Notes under the pieces: generated by a model
Told to the model about the DNA's origin: nothing
What the model saw: only the letters and a program-made list of their open reading frames with translations
The model's database searches: none
Assembly: GCF_001194135.2 (NCBI RefSeq)
Contig: NC_069010.1
Location: 9,875,387-9,939,386 of the forward strand
Origin: Octopus bimaculoides
Taxonomy: Eukaryota
DNA length: 64,000 nt
Direction of reading: 5' to 3'
Shown here: one piece after another, positions 25,059 to 36,500 of the stretch
Position numbering within the stretch: position 1 is the first letter of the stretch
Layout of the letters: each line of letters starts with the position of its first letter
Position numbers and translations under genes: made by a program

Positions 25059-25218
25059 TTAAAAAGCGTCAACAGATGGGGACCCAGAAGTCATGACCTG
25101 GATGTGGTCTGTCCCCCTGAGAATGTCAGAAGTTAAAGGTTGAAACACTTTCCTGGGGTGGCCGGGTTCTCTTTCGAAAAGCTTCTGCAGTTCAGCTCTT
25201 GTTAAGAGTTTCTGACCA
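25059..25218 (-). CDS. Possible terminal coding exon of an unidentified minus-strand gene (GQKLLTRAELQKLFEREPGHPRKVFQPLTSDILRGTDHIQVMTSGSPSVDAF*)
   Basis: Acceptor tttatag| at 25220-25219. One frame is open for 52 codons to TAA while the other two stop early. The sequence is non-repetitive. No homolog recognised. Confidence 0.4.
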
Positions 25219-25341
25219 CTATAAATATATGTATGCATAAATGTACATATCTGTGTGTATATAAATGAGTGTATATGCTTGCATGTGCATATGTATATGT
25301 GTGTATAAATTATACACATACATGGATATATATGTATTATT

Positions 25342-25381
<40 letters not shown>

Positions 25382-25403
25382 TATGTGTATATATATATAT
25401 ATA

Positions 25404-25725
25404 TGTAAAAAGATGTGACAATTATTCGGCAGCCATGATAAAACTCTGAGTTTCGGATGCCGGGGCAGAAACCCACGCTGCCATCTCTTCAGTTATCTGG
25501 CCATGGCGTATCAAAAGGATCACAGAGCAATGTGAGATGATGTGTTTTGCTGAAGAAGTCAACACACCACCCAGTCCGGGAATCGAAATCGTGATCTCCT
25601 GATTGTCAATGCAACAGCCTAACCATTTGGGCCATGCACCTTCACAACCACACGTATCCAGATGCATGTGTCTGTAGATATACATTTGGAAGCTGGCTAC
25701 CGAATAATTGTCACATATTTTTACA
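25404..25725. mobile_element. Element bounded by 32-bp inverted repeats (30/32 match), containing the hammerhead and the duplicated SINE segment
   Basis: 25404-25435 tgtaaaaagatgtgacaattattcggcagcca versus the reverse complement of 25694-25725. Confidence 0.75.
25431..25502 (-). ncRNA. Type I hammerhead ribozyme fold (family 2)
   Basis: Minus strand reads GGCCA GAUAA CUGAAGA GAUG GCAG..CUGC CCCGG CAUC C GAAA CUC A GAG UU / UUAUC A UGGCU. The core is intact and stems I, II and III pair. Predicted cleavage at GUU, between 25442 and 25441. Confidence 0.75.
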
Positions 25726-25782
25726 GATAAATTTCTCTATTTACATAATATCGAGGTCTCTTTCTTTCTTTTGTTGTCCTTC

Positions 25783-25853
<71 letters not shown>

Positions 25854-26669
25854 AACACACACACATGTGCCCACTAAGGAAAAGGTAGGAGTTGGGGTTT
25901 GGATAAAACCTTTAGCCCTTTCGTCCCTGTTACAGATTTATCATGAATGCTTTCTCATAGGAAATCGATCCCTTTTATATATTACTGTATGTTAGTTGAT
26001 AAAAATCAAAAGAGCAAACAGCATTTCTAATAACCACTCCCCAAAGCAAACAGTTTTCAAAACCCTTGAAAACAAATTGAAACTCCTGATTTTTTTTCAA
26101 GCAACTCCCATAATATATATATATAAAAGGTTTCAATCTTCTAGAGTAACTCATTCATGAGGAGTCTCTAAATGTGATGAAAGGGCTAAATAAATCACTT
26201 TTATCCACATCCTGCTTCCTTCCTGTTTCTGAATATATAAAAATCTATATTCCACTATAAACAATCTATATATACATATATACATACATATGTATGTGTG
26301 TATATACAACAAGCAGAAGACAATGAAAATGTTGTACTATAGAATGTAATATTTGCACTATGGCCACCACCACAGAATCAGCTAAAAAGAATTCACAAGA
26401 GCATTTAAACCACCACCACCTGAACAATATTATCAGTACTACTACTACTACTACTACAACAGTCACAGATACAATTGTAACAACAATAAAATGAGAAGAG
26501 ACTCAACTGTTACAGTTGTTGTTATGTGAATGACTGTCTATATATATATATATACATACATATGTGCATGTGGATGCATGTACACACATATATGCATGTA
26601 TGTATAAACACACACGTGTGTGTGTGTGTGTGTGTCTATATATACATGTTTGTATATTTTTTTTTTTAG

Positions 26670-26970
26670 GCGCCCTTTCAAAGACTAGCCAGGCTCATGG
26701 GCCCGGTTTCCCAGTTTCTATGGCGTATGTGTTCCCCCCCAGCTGGACGGGATGCCAGTCCATCGCAGCATTACTCAAGAAACAGGAAGAACGAGTGCGA
26801 GAAAGTTGGAGTGAAAGCGTACAACAGGGGTCACCACCACCCCTTGCTGGAACCTCGTGGAGCTTTCGGTGTTCTCGCTCAATAAACACACACAACGCCT
26901 GGTCTGGGAATCAAAACCGTGATCCCCTGACCGCGAGTCCGCTGCCCTAACCACTGGGCCTTTGCGCCTC
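26670..26970 (-). mobile_element. tRNA-derived SINE family D; related copies near 13490-13720, 32140-32480, 47720-47960
   Basis: The minus-strand head ggaggcgcaaaggcccagtggttagggcagcggactcgcgg...ttgattccc is tRNA-like, followed by a shared body. Confidence 0.75.
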
Positions 26971-27071
26971 CACATGTTTATATATACAAATACATATATG
27001 TATGTATACACACATCTATTTATATGTATGGTCATATACATGTGTGCATATATGTGTATGAAAACACAAAA

Positions 27072-27105
<34 letters not shown>

Positions 27106-27375
27106 TTTATATAAAATGTATATAAATTATTTAACGATTGAAATTTGATTTTTCTCTTTCCCTTCTCGCTCTCCTCTCTCCTATCTGCCACTCCACCTTC
27201 CTCTCAGCCTTGCTCTCCAATTCTCTCTCTCTCTCTCTCCCTCTCTGTTAACTTACCTTATCATTACCACCACCACCATCATCATCATCATCATTGTCCA
27301 CTGCTCTCATACTCTTTACAAATGCTAATCTATTTCATTTTTTGCTTCTATCATGAAACTATCATACATGTTATG

Positions 27376-27421
<46 letters not shown>

Positions 27422-28910
27422 TATATATATATATGCATACATACATACACACACGTGTTATATCGATACCACAATCATCATGACCTTCACCATCACCACC
27501 ACCACCACCACCACTGGGCTCTTCAATCTCATTGGATTGTGAAACATGTCTTAAATTTTGTACAGCTAACCACCATAATGGCTCCACTCACACACCATAC
27601 ATGAGCACATACGTGCGTGCACCCAGTCACCCCTGCCCTCACGCACACACATCTGGATTAATAGCAAAATCAAAATGCATAAACATTTTCTACACTTATC
27701 CAACTAAATCCCCGTCATCTCTCTATTTATTAGCAGCAGACACTGTCTTGGTTGCGGGGGGTGGGGGTGTCAGTGAAGACAACATTCTTAGTTTACCCTC
27801 TACGATGTTATGGTAGTGACAGTAGTAGGGTCCTTGTCTGTCCCTCAGATATGATGGTGTAGTGACAAAGGTAAGGGCCTTTGTATACCTTTTAAACATG
27901 ATGGTCTAGAGATAAAGTTAAGTCCCTTTGTGTACCCTCAAACATATTAGTGTTGGGACAGAGGTAAGGGCCTCGGTTAAGGGCCTCTTCTATTGTGGCC
28001 AATGGCTTGACCTGTGTGTCTTGAGATGCACTCATTTCACTTCCAACTTTATTGTTAGATTCTTTTGATTGTGAATACCAAGTAAGGGGTGTATCAGTGG
28101 TGAAATGGTTTTCTGTGTAAACTGGGCAATTTAATCTTAATTAAAATAGGGCATGTATAATTGAGAATTAAATATATATATTTGTATACATTTCTAAACA
28201 TATACACACACACACAGTGAGTGTATAGGGTTAAATTATTCAGGTGGGAACTGTAAGAGCTCTCCGGTATTCTATCCATGTTCTAGCTAATCACATCAAA
28301 TAGTTAGAAGCACCAAGGATCACTTCGGGTGAGCAATCCCTCTGTAATTCTTCTAAGGCTCACTTTACTGGATTATGAATATTTTTGGGAGTGCAGATCC
28401 AAAATAATCACAAAGAATATGCAGACTTGTACATCTTCAAATTTTTCTTTTAATTTTAACAGTTAATTATGTAGCATGTTTTATTACTTAAAATGACCAA
28501 CACATGTAACCCGCAATATACTGCTAATCCCCTTCATTCAGGGTCTTTCCGCAAGCGTGGTTTACTTTGGATTGCATGAGTGGAAAGACACAATCTGCAG
28601 AAGTGTGTGTCGGTCATAGTCTCATAGGATTCGTACACAAACCTGGCTCATTGGGTCCAGTTAACTCAGCCCAATGAGCTAGATTACTACCAGAAGCATA
28701 GGAAACTTTAAGCCACAAGGGGCCGAATCAGTTTTAAATAATAATATACATAAATCCTTCTAAATATGTTGAGTGCCTCTTTCTTTTCTTTTATCCCCTC
28801 ACCTGGGGATGGTCATGTTGCCAGTTTAGCCAATAAAAACACACGCACTGTATATTTGGTGTTAATTTGCTTCAGCTTTATATTACATTACATTACATTA
28901 ATCCTATTTC

Positions 28911-28954
28911 GACCAGAGTTCTTTCGTCACACTTCTGTGACCTCATCAGTGGTC
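28911..28954 (-). ncRNA. Minimal type I hammerhead ribozyme fold (family 1, left arm)
   Basis: GACCA CUGAUGA G GUCACA GAAG UGUGAC GAAA G AA CUC / UGGUC: 5-bp stem I, 6-bp stem II, 2-bp stem III, CUC triplet. Confidence 0.7.
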
Positions 28955-29394
28955 CCTTTGCTTTCTTCTTTCTTATGTGTGTCCCACCTTGCTAACTATC
29001 AGCCATTTTGTATTTTGTGTTCCTATTGCATGCGCATCCCTCAATGTGTGTCTATGTTTTTGTAAGTGCATGTGTGTGTATGGGGAGTGTCTATTATCTA
29101 TATCCTCTGTTAATACATGTTCGTTTGTTTTTGTTTTTATTTATTTATTTGTTCATGTGTTTATACCTACTTCTTTTTTTTGTTGTTGTTTTTTGTTTTT
29201 TTGTTATCGGTTTACAAAATAAACGAACATATATTAACAGAGGATATAGATAATACTGGCACTCCCCATACACACACGTGCACTTACAAAAACATAGACA
29301 CACATTGAGGGATGCGCATGCAATAGGAACACAAAATACAAAATGGCTGATAGTTAGCAAGGTGGGACACACATAAGAAAGAAGAAAGCAAAGG

Positions 29395-29438
29395 GACCAC
29401 TGATGAGGTCACAGAAGTGTGACGAAAGAACTCTGGCC
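29395..29438 (+). ncRNA. Minimal type I hammerhead ribozyme fold (family 1, right arm)
   Basis: Same as the left arm, but the stem I 3' strand is UGGCC (one A-C mismatch). Predicted cleavage at 29433/29434. Confidence 0.65.
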
Positions 29439-29809
29439 GAAATAGGATTAATGTAATGTAATGTAATATAAAGCTGAAGCAAATTAACACCAAATATACA
29501 GTGTGTGTGTTTTTATTGGCTAAACTGGCAACATGACCATCCCCAAGTACAACAACAATATATATATATGTATATATATCTGAATGAATGAATGTTTTTA
29601 ATTATATTTTAATGCTGAAAGAAGGCAAGTTATGAGAAATAATACAAGTCAGTGCTTTGCACTTTTACTTTGCATTTCAATATTTTGGAAAGAGAAGCCA
29701 GCTGACAACATATCTTCAAAGAGATTTGACTTTCACAAAATAAAATTAAAAACATTTGTCTATATCAGACAATGTTTTGGGCAAACAGACCAACTCATTT
29801 ATATATAAA

Positions 29810-29990
29810 AGATGGCAAACTGGCAGACAAAATGCTTAGCAGCGTTTCGTCCAGGTCTTTACATTCAAAGTTCAAATTGTGCCGAGGTCAACTTTGCCGT
29901 TTTCATCCATCCTTTCAGGATCTATAAAATATAGTAGCAGTCAAGTGCAGAGGTTGATGTCACCAACTTTCCTCCTCACCCGAAAATTGC
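29810..29990 (+). mobile_element. tRNA-derived SINE family B; other copies near 18050, 31722, 36490(-), 40085, 40285, 53777, 55545(-)
   Basis: ctggcaga...aaatgcttagc...ttcaaattc.gccgaggtcgactttgcctttcatcctttcggggtcgataaa.taagtaccag. Confidence 0.85.
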
Positions 29991-31378
29991 TAGGCATGTG
30001 TCAATATTTGAAACTTTCTCTTTTTATACACTATATACATACATACATACACACATATATGCGTACACACAGAAATGCAGGTATGTGTATGGCTGAAAAA
30101 TACCCAATTACCCCAATACATGGTATAACACATCTGGTTCACCTAATATAGAATCTCACAAATATATGTTGAAAAGAAAAATCTGTAATTATGGAATTAT
30201 TTCGTAGAAACACCCAATGCGATTATTGGGGTGGCTGGCAATGTTTGAAATCTAAAATTGACTTTAGCGGAGTTATTTCCCTTGCCTTTACAAAGGTTTT
30301 TTTTTTTCATGTTTTGTAAGCTTTTGAACATTCTCTTCTCTCATAGGGAGTTTTTACTAACCAATTGCATGGAAAAATCTTGACTGAAATTTTTTTTTTT
30401 TTTTTTTCTCTGCTCCTCTGTTAATAGTAAGGATCTATTTGGGAGAATTGGCGTGGGGTGGAATTTTTTTTCTTTTTAATGGTGGTGGAGGTGGTTTGTG
30501 TGTGTGTGTAGTGTAGATGAAAACTGACGTTCTTTCCCTGCCGACCCCCTCTCATCTCTTTGCCCCTACACCGCTATTACCGGTCCCTTAGAAATGTCCA
30601 ACTGCTCCACCACCACCACCACCCTCCCTATCTCCCTCTCTCCCCTTCTTCCTTTCTCAATGAATATACAACAATAGACAAAACCTTAGCCACAACCACC
30701 ACTATGCTCTTACCAATGCTGTCCACCCCTACACAACCACATAACCATGCTACCACTACCACCTCCACCACCACTACCGCCATCACTATCGCAATCACCT
30801 GACTGCCACCACCACCATCATCATCATCATCATCAACCACTATTGCTACTACTAATACTACTACCACTACCACCATCGCCTCTGAAACACCGCTTCTACC
30901 CCCTCATCCTACCCNNNNNNNNNNNNNNNNNNNNNNNNNNNNNNNNNNNNNNNNNNNNNNNNNNNNNNNNNNNNNNNNNNNNNNNNNNNNNNNNNNNNNN
31001 NNNNNNNNNNNNNNNNNNNNNNNNNNNNNNNNNNNNNNNNNNNNNNNNNNNNNNNNNNNNNNNNNNNNNNNNNNNNNNNNNNNNNNNNNNNNNNNNNNNN
31101 NNNNNNNNNNNNNNNNNNNNNNNNNNNNNNNNNNNNNNNNNNNNNNNNNNNNNNNNNNNNNNNNNNNNNNNNNNNNNNNNNNNNNNNNNNNNNNNNNNCC
31201 CCCCCCCCACCTTTCAATTGTAGATAATGTATAGTAAATTTGTTTCTGCATGACGAGATCTTTGATTAAACATGTATATATGTATACATACAGACATACA
31301 TACATATACATAGGTATATATATATACATGTACATATATACACGTGTACATAGATACATACACATATATAAATGTATG

Positions 31379-31423
<45 letters not shown>

Positions 31424-33522
31424 NNNNNNNNNNNNNNNNNNNNNNNNNNNNNNNNNNNNNNNNNNNNNNNNNNNNNNNNNNNNNNNNNNNNNNNNNNNNN
31501 NNNNNNNNNNNNNNNNNNNNNNNNNNNNNNNNNNNNNNNNNNNNNNNNNNNNNNNNNNNNNNNNNNNNNNNNNNNNNNNNNNNNNNNNNNNNNNNNNNNN
31601 NNNNNNNNNNNNNNNNNNNNNNNNNNNNNNNNNNNNNNNNNNNNNNNNNNNNNNNNNNNNNNNNNNNNNNNNNNNNNNNNNNNNNNNNNNNNNNNNNNNN
31701 NNNNNNNNNNNNNNNNNNNNAAGCGGTGAGCAAATACAATCGTTAAGCATTCCGGACAAAATGCTTAGCAGCATGTCGTCCGCCTTTACATTCTGGGTTC
31801 AAATTTGGCCGAGGTCGACTTGACCTTTCATCTTTTCGGGGTCAATAAAATAAGTACCAGTTGAATACTGGGGTCGAAATTTCAGGCCTTCTACCTACTA
31901 TCAAAAGGAATATTATTATTACTCTAAAAAACAAATTACATCCTACTATTTCCTTCTTGACACACTTGTCTGTGTGTCGCTGACTGATTACCATTACCAC
32001 CTCTTCCTCTTTCCCTTCTCCCACTGTTAAAATACTCTGTTATAGCATCTTCCTGTTCTTCATAATCCCTTAATCCGATGTCCGCTTATTCTCATATCCT
32101 CACCCCACATCCTCGTGTCTTTTTTTTTTGTCTTTTAGTTCACCAGTTCCATGTTGATATAAAAACTGGGACTCTGTCGATTACAACAGCTAGGGTTCCA
32201 GTTGATCTGTTCAACGGAACGGCCTGCTCGTGAATTTAACGTGGAAGCGGCTAAGTACTCCACAGACACGCCTGTATCTAACGGAGTTCTCAGTGAGATT
32301 CGGCACGACACAGAATGTAACATGGTCCCTCTTGAATTACTGGTACAACTCATTTCTGCCAGCTGAGCAGACTGGAGCAACGTGGAATAAAGTGTCTTGC
32401 TTAAGGAGACAACACGTTACCGGGAATTGAACTCACAACCTTATGATCGTGAGCCGAATGCCCGAACCACTAAGCCACCTGCCTTCACATGTTCATGCAC
32501 GCTTGTGTAAACGCCAGCAACAGCCAGTGTATTGTGGGTGGGGCACATTTTTGTAGTAGAAGCAGAATCTTCAACTGATCGCCGATGCGTATTATTACAG
32601 ATCAATCCGTGATAAGCGTAACAATATGGTTCACAATCGACCATATTGTGTGATCCCGGATCATTGAGCAGTGAATTAGTAACAAACAAGGCTAGATGTA
32701 TCCGGTTTTCTTGTAACGTCCTTAGGTTAATCCAAAACCCGTCGAGTGTTCTCCCTTTCTGCAGTCATCTACATCCCTTTACAAAACCCTTATTCTCAAT
32801 TGCTTCATTCTCTGAGAATCCCCATCCTTATCTTCGCATCTCATCACCTTGTCGCCATTACAATATAACAAAGATCTCTTTCTTTCTCCCTGTCCTTCCT
32901 TTTCCACTCCAATGCATCCCTTTTCCTCCCTTTCTCCTCTCCCAAACCAACCTTCATACCTTTTTATCTCATCTCAACCTTCCTCTATTGATACCCAAAT
33001 CTTCCTTCAGCGTACCCCCCACCCTTTTCCCTTTTTACATCTGCCAAATGATCTAATATTTATCTTACTCCTGATTTCTACTCACCATCCTCTCTTCGTA
33101 CCTTCCAATATCCTACCCCTCCCCCTTGTTTAATAATGATGTCCCCATGTTGTTCTCATCCTCATATCTTCCTCCTCCTCCGCCCGCTCCCCGCCCCTCA
33201 ATTCGACACTATCTCCATTGATATCTCGATATCGTTTTTTTCACACTGATATACATCAAATAGGATTGAAATAAAGAAAATTACATGGAATCCATTGTTT
33301 TTTTTTTTCCTGCTTTCTTACATTTTGATTGGTCTGTGTTTTTTTTTTATGTAGAGGTCATGTGATGTAAAAATCGTGGTAGGTGCAGGCGTGGCTGTGT
33401 GGTAAGAAGCTTGCTTTCTGACCTTATGCTTCCAGGTTCAGTCCCACTGCGTAGCACCTACTATGGCTTCGGCCCGACCAAAACCTTGCGAGTGGATTTG
33501 GTAGACGAAAGCTGAAAGAAGT

Positions 33523-33566
<44 letters not shown>

Positions 33567-33581
33567 ATGTTAACATATATA

Positions 33582-33803
33582 CGATGGGGCGCTGAAAAGT
33601 TCCTGGCTTTAAGGGTATTGTGAAGGGCCTGGTTGGAGAGGCCCAACCTTCTGAGTTCTTTTACAGGGCTTAGAAAAGCTGAAGGACGGCTGCCATATGT
33701 GTGTGAATTTGGGAGGGGAATATGATGTTGAATAAAATCATGATTAACTAATCCCCCTGTATTTTCTTTTACCCAAAATTAGGAGCTTTTCAGTGCACCC
33801 TCG
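33582..33803 (+). mobile_element. Short mariner-derived MITE; related remnants at ~3135-3335 and ~4495-4650
   Basis: Imperfect TIRs cgatggggcgctgaaaagttcc / aggagcttttcagtgcaccctcg, with a 5' TA. The interior resembles the mariner C-terminal CVxLxGEY end. Confidence 0.65.
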
Positions 33804-34057
33804 TGTATGTATATATATCTATATATATATATAACAAGTATGTGTATATAACAATGTATGTGTGTGTATGTATGTATAAATATATTTACATACATACACA
33901 ACACACGCACACATACATACGTAAATGTATGAGCATGCACATTCAGAAACATGAGTGCATATATACATCTACATATATGTGGTGGTGGTGTGGGAGTGTG
34001 TCTGCATCCACCTCCCGATTTTTCTAAATGATCTCGTCCACAATTACTGAAGAAGTT

Positions 34058-35104
34058 ACCTTGAGAAGAATAATGCATGAAGAAGAAGAAGGACAGAAGA
34101 ATTGATGAAGCTTTCAAAAATACAGGAGAACCAAGTAGAAAGAAGATAAAAATGAAATATAAACTAAAATGCCGACGAAATATAATGAATCAATAAAAGA
34201 AAATTGGAGGGAAAATGCTTGAAATGATATATATTTTGTTTTTATAAATTTGAAGTTTGGATTTTTGGGGTATAATATTGAAAAATATCTGTTCAAAAAT
34301 CATCCAAAAACATTATCTGAGATGATGGAAAAAATGGCGGACGGAGACGTACTTGAACTTCATTGTATTGTTGTTGTTAGATTTGGAATTGTCCGTTTTG
34401 TGGGGTGGAATTTAATATAAAAATAATTTGAAAAAACTATAAAATGGAGGGGAAAATAGAAAGGAAAAAAATCTAGAAACGCTTAATTTAGTTGTTGCAG
34501 GTTTTAGAGTTTGTTATCCGTTGTGTTTCTTTCACTTTAGCTTTTAAATCGACAAGATGGCGGAAAAGGGAGACGAAATAGAAAGTAAATTGAACAGAAA
34601 CACTTAAAAATTGTATTTGTTGTAGTTGTTGTTGTTGTTGGTGGTGGTAGTGTTGATGTCGTTTGCTTTATTTAGATTTTAGCTGTTGGTGGTGTGTTTT
34701 AGGTTTTTAATTTAAAAAAATTACAGAAAATAAAACTTATTTCCTTTTTTCTTTAATAAAATATTCTTAGTTTATCTTTTATTTTGGCTTCACTTGGCAC
34801 GGCCCTTTCTCTGCGGGGAACGGAATAGACACATTATAATTTGTACAAAGGATTGTGTATATATATGTATAGGTGTGTGTGTGTGTGTGTGTACTTGCTT
34901 CAACAGATACCATCGCATCTCTCTTTTATCTCTCTCTCTATTTATCTGTGTATATATATATATATATATACAGATAAATACACACATATATACAGACACA
35001 CACACACGTATATATATATATGTATAGGTGTGTGTTTGAGTATTTGTGAGTATGCGCGTGTGTGCATGTAAGTATATAAAGGGATATATTTATATATAAT
35101 GTAC

Positions 35105-35136
<32 letters not shown>

Positions 35137-35321
35137 GTGGTATGTGTGTGAATGTATGCCTGTGTCCGCGCGCACGCGTCTCGGATTTGCTGGTCGGAAG
35201 GAAGAAGGAAATCTCAAGTTGAATCCATGAATCAATAGCAACCAGTTTAAATATTGGCAGATCGATTCCTGTTTCAAGTATTTCTTATGACTGGGACTAG
35301 TCAGAATCGCTAGTGTCAGGT
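34058..35321. promoter_or_regulatory. Possible divergent promoter with flanking first exons
   Basis: YY1-like AAATGGCGG (34331-34340) and AAGATGGCGG (34554-34563), and a GCGCGCACGCG motif (35168-35178). A minus-strand donor AAG|gtaact at 34060/34059 and a weaker plus-strand CAG|gtacac at 35319/35320. Confidence 0.3.
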
Positions 35322-35399
35322 ACACACACACACACACACACACATCTTTACATTCTGAGTTCAAATGCTATTGAGGTGTCTACTTGGGTATGTGCTGTG

Positions 35400-36500
35400 G
35401 TTTGTTGTGGTACCCTTATTTTCACTGTATTGAAAGTGTTTTATGTAGGGTGTGTGCAGTGCCCAGTAGTGCTATTTTCTGAATGTCATATATATTCCTA
35501 AGTCCTGATGTTTTGGCTATGTATTTCTCTGAATGTCTTACCTAATGCACCTATTACTATAGGGCTTATTTCTGTTTTTAGGCTTCACTTTCTGGTTATC
35601 TCTGTTTCCAGATCTTTGTATTTTGAGAGTTTCTCCGTTTCTTTTAGAAGAAGATTGTCGTCTGTTGGGATTGATGCATCAATTGGAAGGCATTTTTTTT
35701 CTTGGTGATCTCTGACAAATATATCCAGCCTATTGGCCTTAATTTCTCTATCTGTGTGTATTGGCATATCACAGAGTATGGTTGCTTTCTCATTTTCTGT
35801 GACCTCTTCTGGCATGTGCCTACACCATCTTTCTTCTGTTGTTATCCCATAGTGTTGGCTTAGCTTCCAGTGTATATAGGTCCCAACTCTGTCGTGTCTG
35901 TGAATATATTTCTTCGTAGCCAGGATTGGGCAACCAAAGACAGTATGATTTATTGTTTCCTCTCCATCTCCTGCAGTTACTTGTATTTCTTTTCATTCTA
36001 TGGTTTTGGTGATTCCCGGGGCAGGGAGAGGCTTTGATCTTGTGCCGCAATTAAAAATCCTTCAGTCTCTGCTTTGAGTCTTAAACTTCTCAGCCATTCT
36101 TGGGATTTTGCTTTGTCTATTTCTTTTGCTTTTAGTTTAACCCAGTATTTGCCATGAAAGGGCTTTTCTTGCCATCGTTTCATCATGGTCCTTTGCTGTT
36201 CCAGTTTTAGTTTGGATTTCAGTTGTTTTACAGCTTTTGTTGTTTCTTCTTTTTCTTCATAGTTGTTGGATAACATGACTTCTTTTTCGTATTTGTCAGC
36301 TTCCTTAAAAACTGAAAACAGTTATTTTGTTTGTTTGTGTTTTGTGGCTATTTGTATAAGTTTTCCTTGCTTCTGAAGTAGGTATTTCTGTAGTCCTGTG
36401 GTGGTTATTTTATAATAATTTTCCAGCTGCATAAGGCCTCTACTACCTTCCATACGTTGTATATATATAACCTCTCCATGTCAGATTTTGGGTGGTGCAT
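35400..36500 (-). mobile_element. R4/Dong-like (RLE-clade) non-LTR retrotransposon, degenerate 3' fragment
   Basis: WQEKPFHGKY...LKAETEGFLIAAQDQSL, RLE-type TILCDMPIHTDREIKANRLDI...IDASIP...EKLSKYKDL, and terminal IQKIALLGTAH. Confidence 0.85.

Larger units (their letters stand above)
28801..29548. mobile_element. Foldback/palindromic element with ~330-bp arms and ~85-bp spacer, probably Penelope-like-related
   Basis: 28804-29131 is the reverse complement of ~29216-29545, with only about half a dozen differences. The same ORF text appears on both strands in the ORF track. Confidence 0.9.

Noticed and set aside
26895-26970. tRNA-like sequences here and at other SINE heads
   Set aside because: They are degenerate cloverleaves attached to repeated SINE bodies, not tRNA genes.
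27890-28125. ~70-codon open minus-strand frame (KTISPLIHPLLG...)
   Set aside because: The acceptor context is poor, the frame overlaps a minisatellite, and I recognise no homology.
28575-28620. ATGA...AA hairpin as a possible SECIS
   Set aside because: There is no 3' GA to form the non-Watson-Crick quartet, and helix II is too short.
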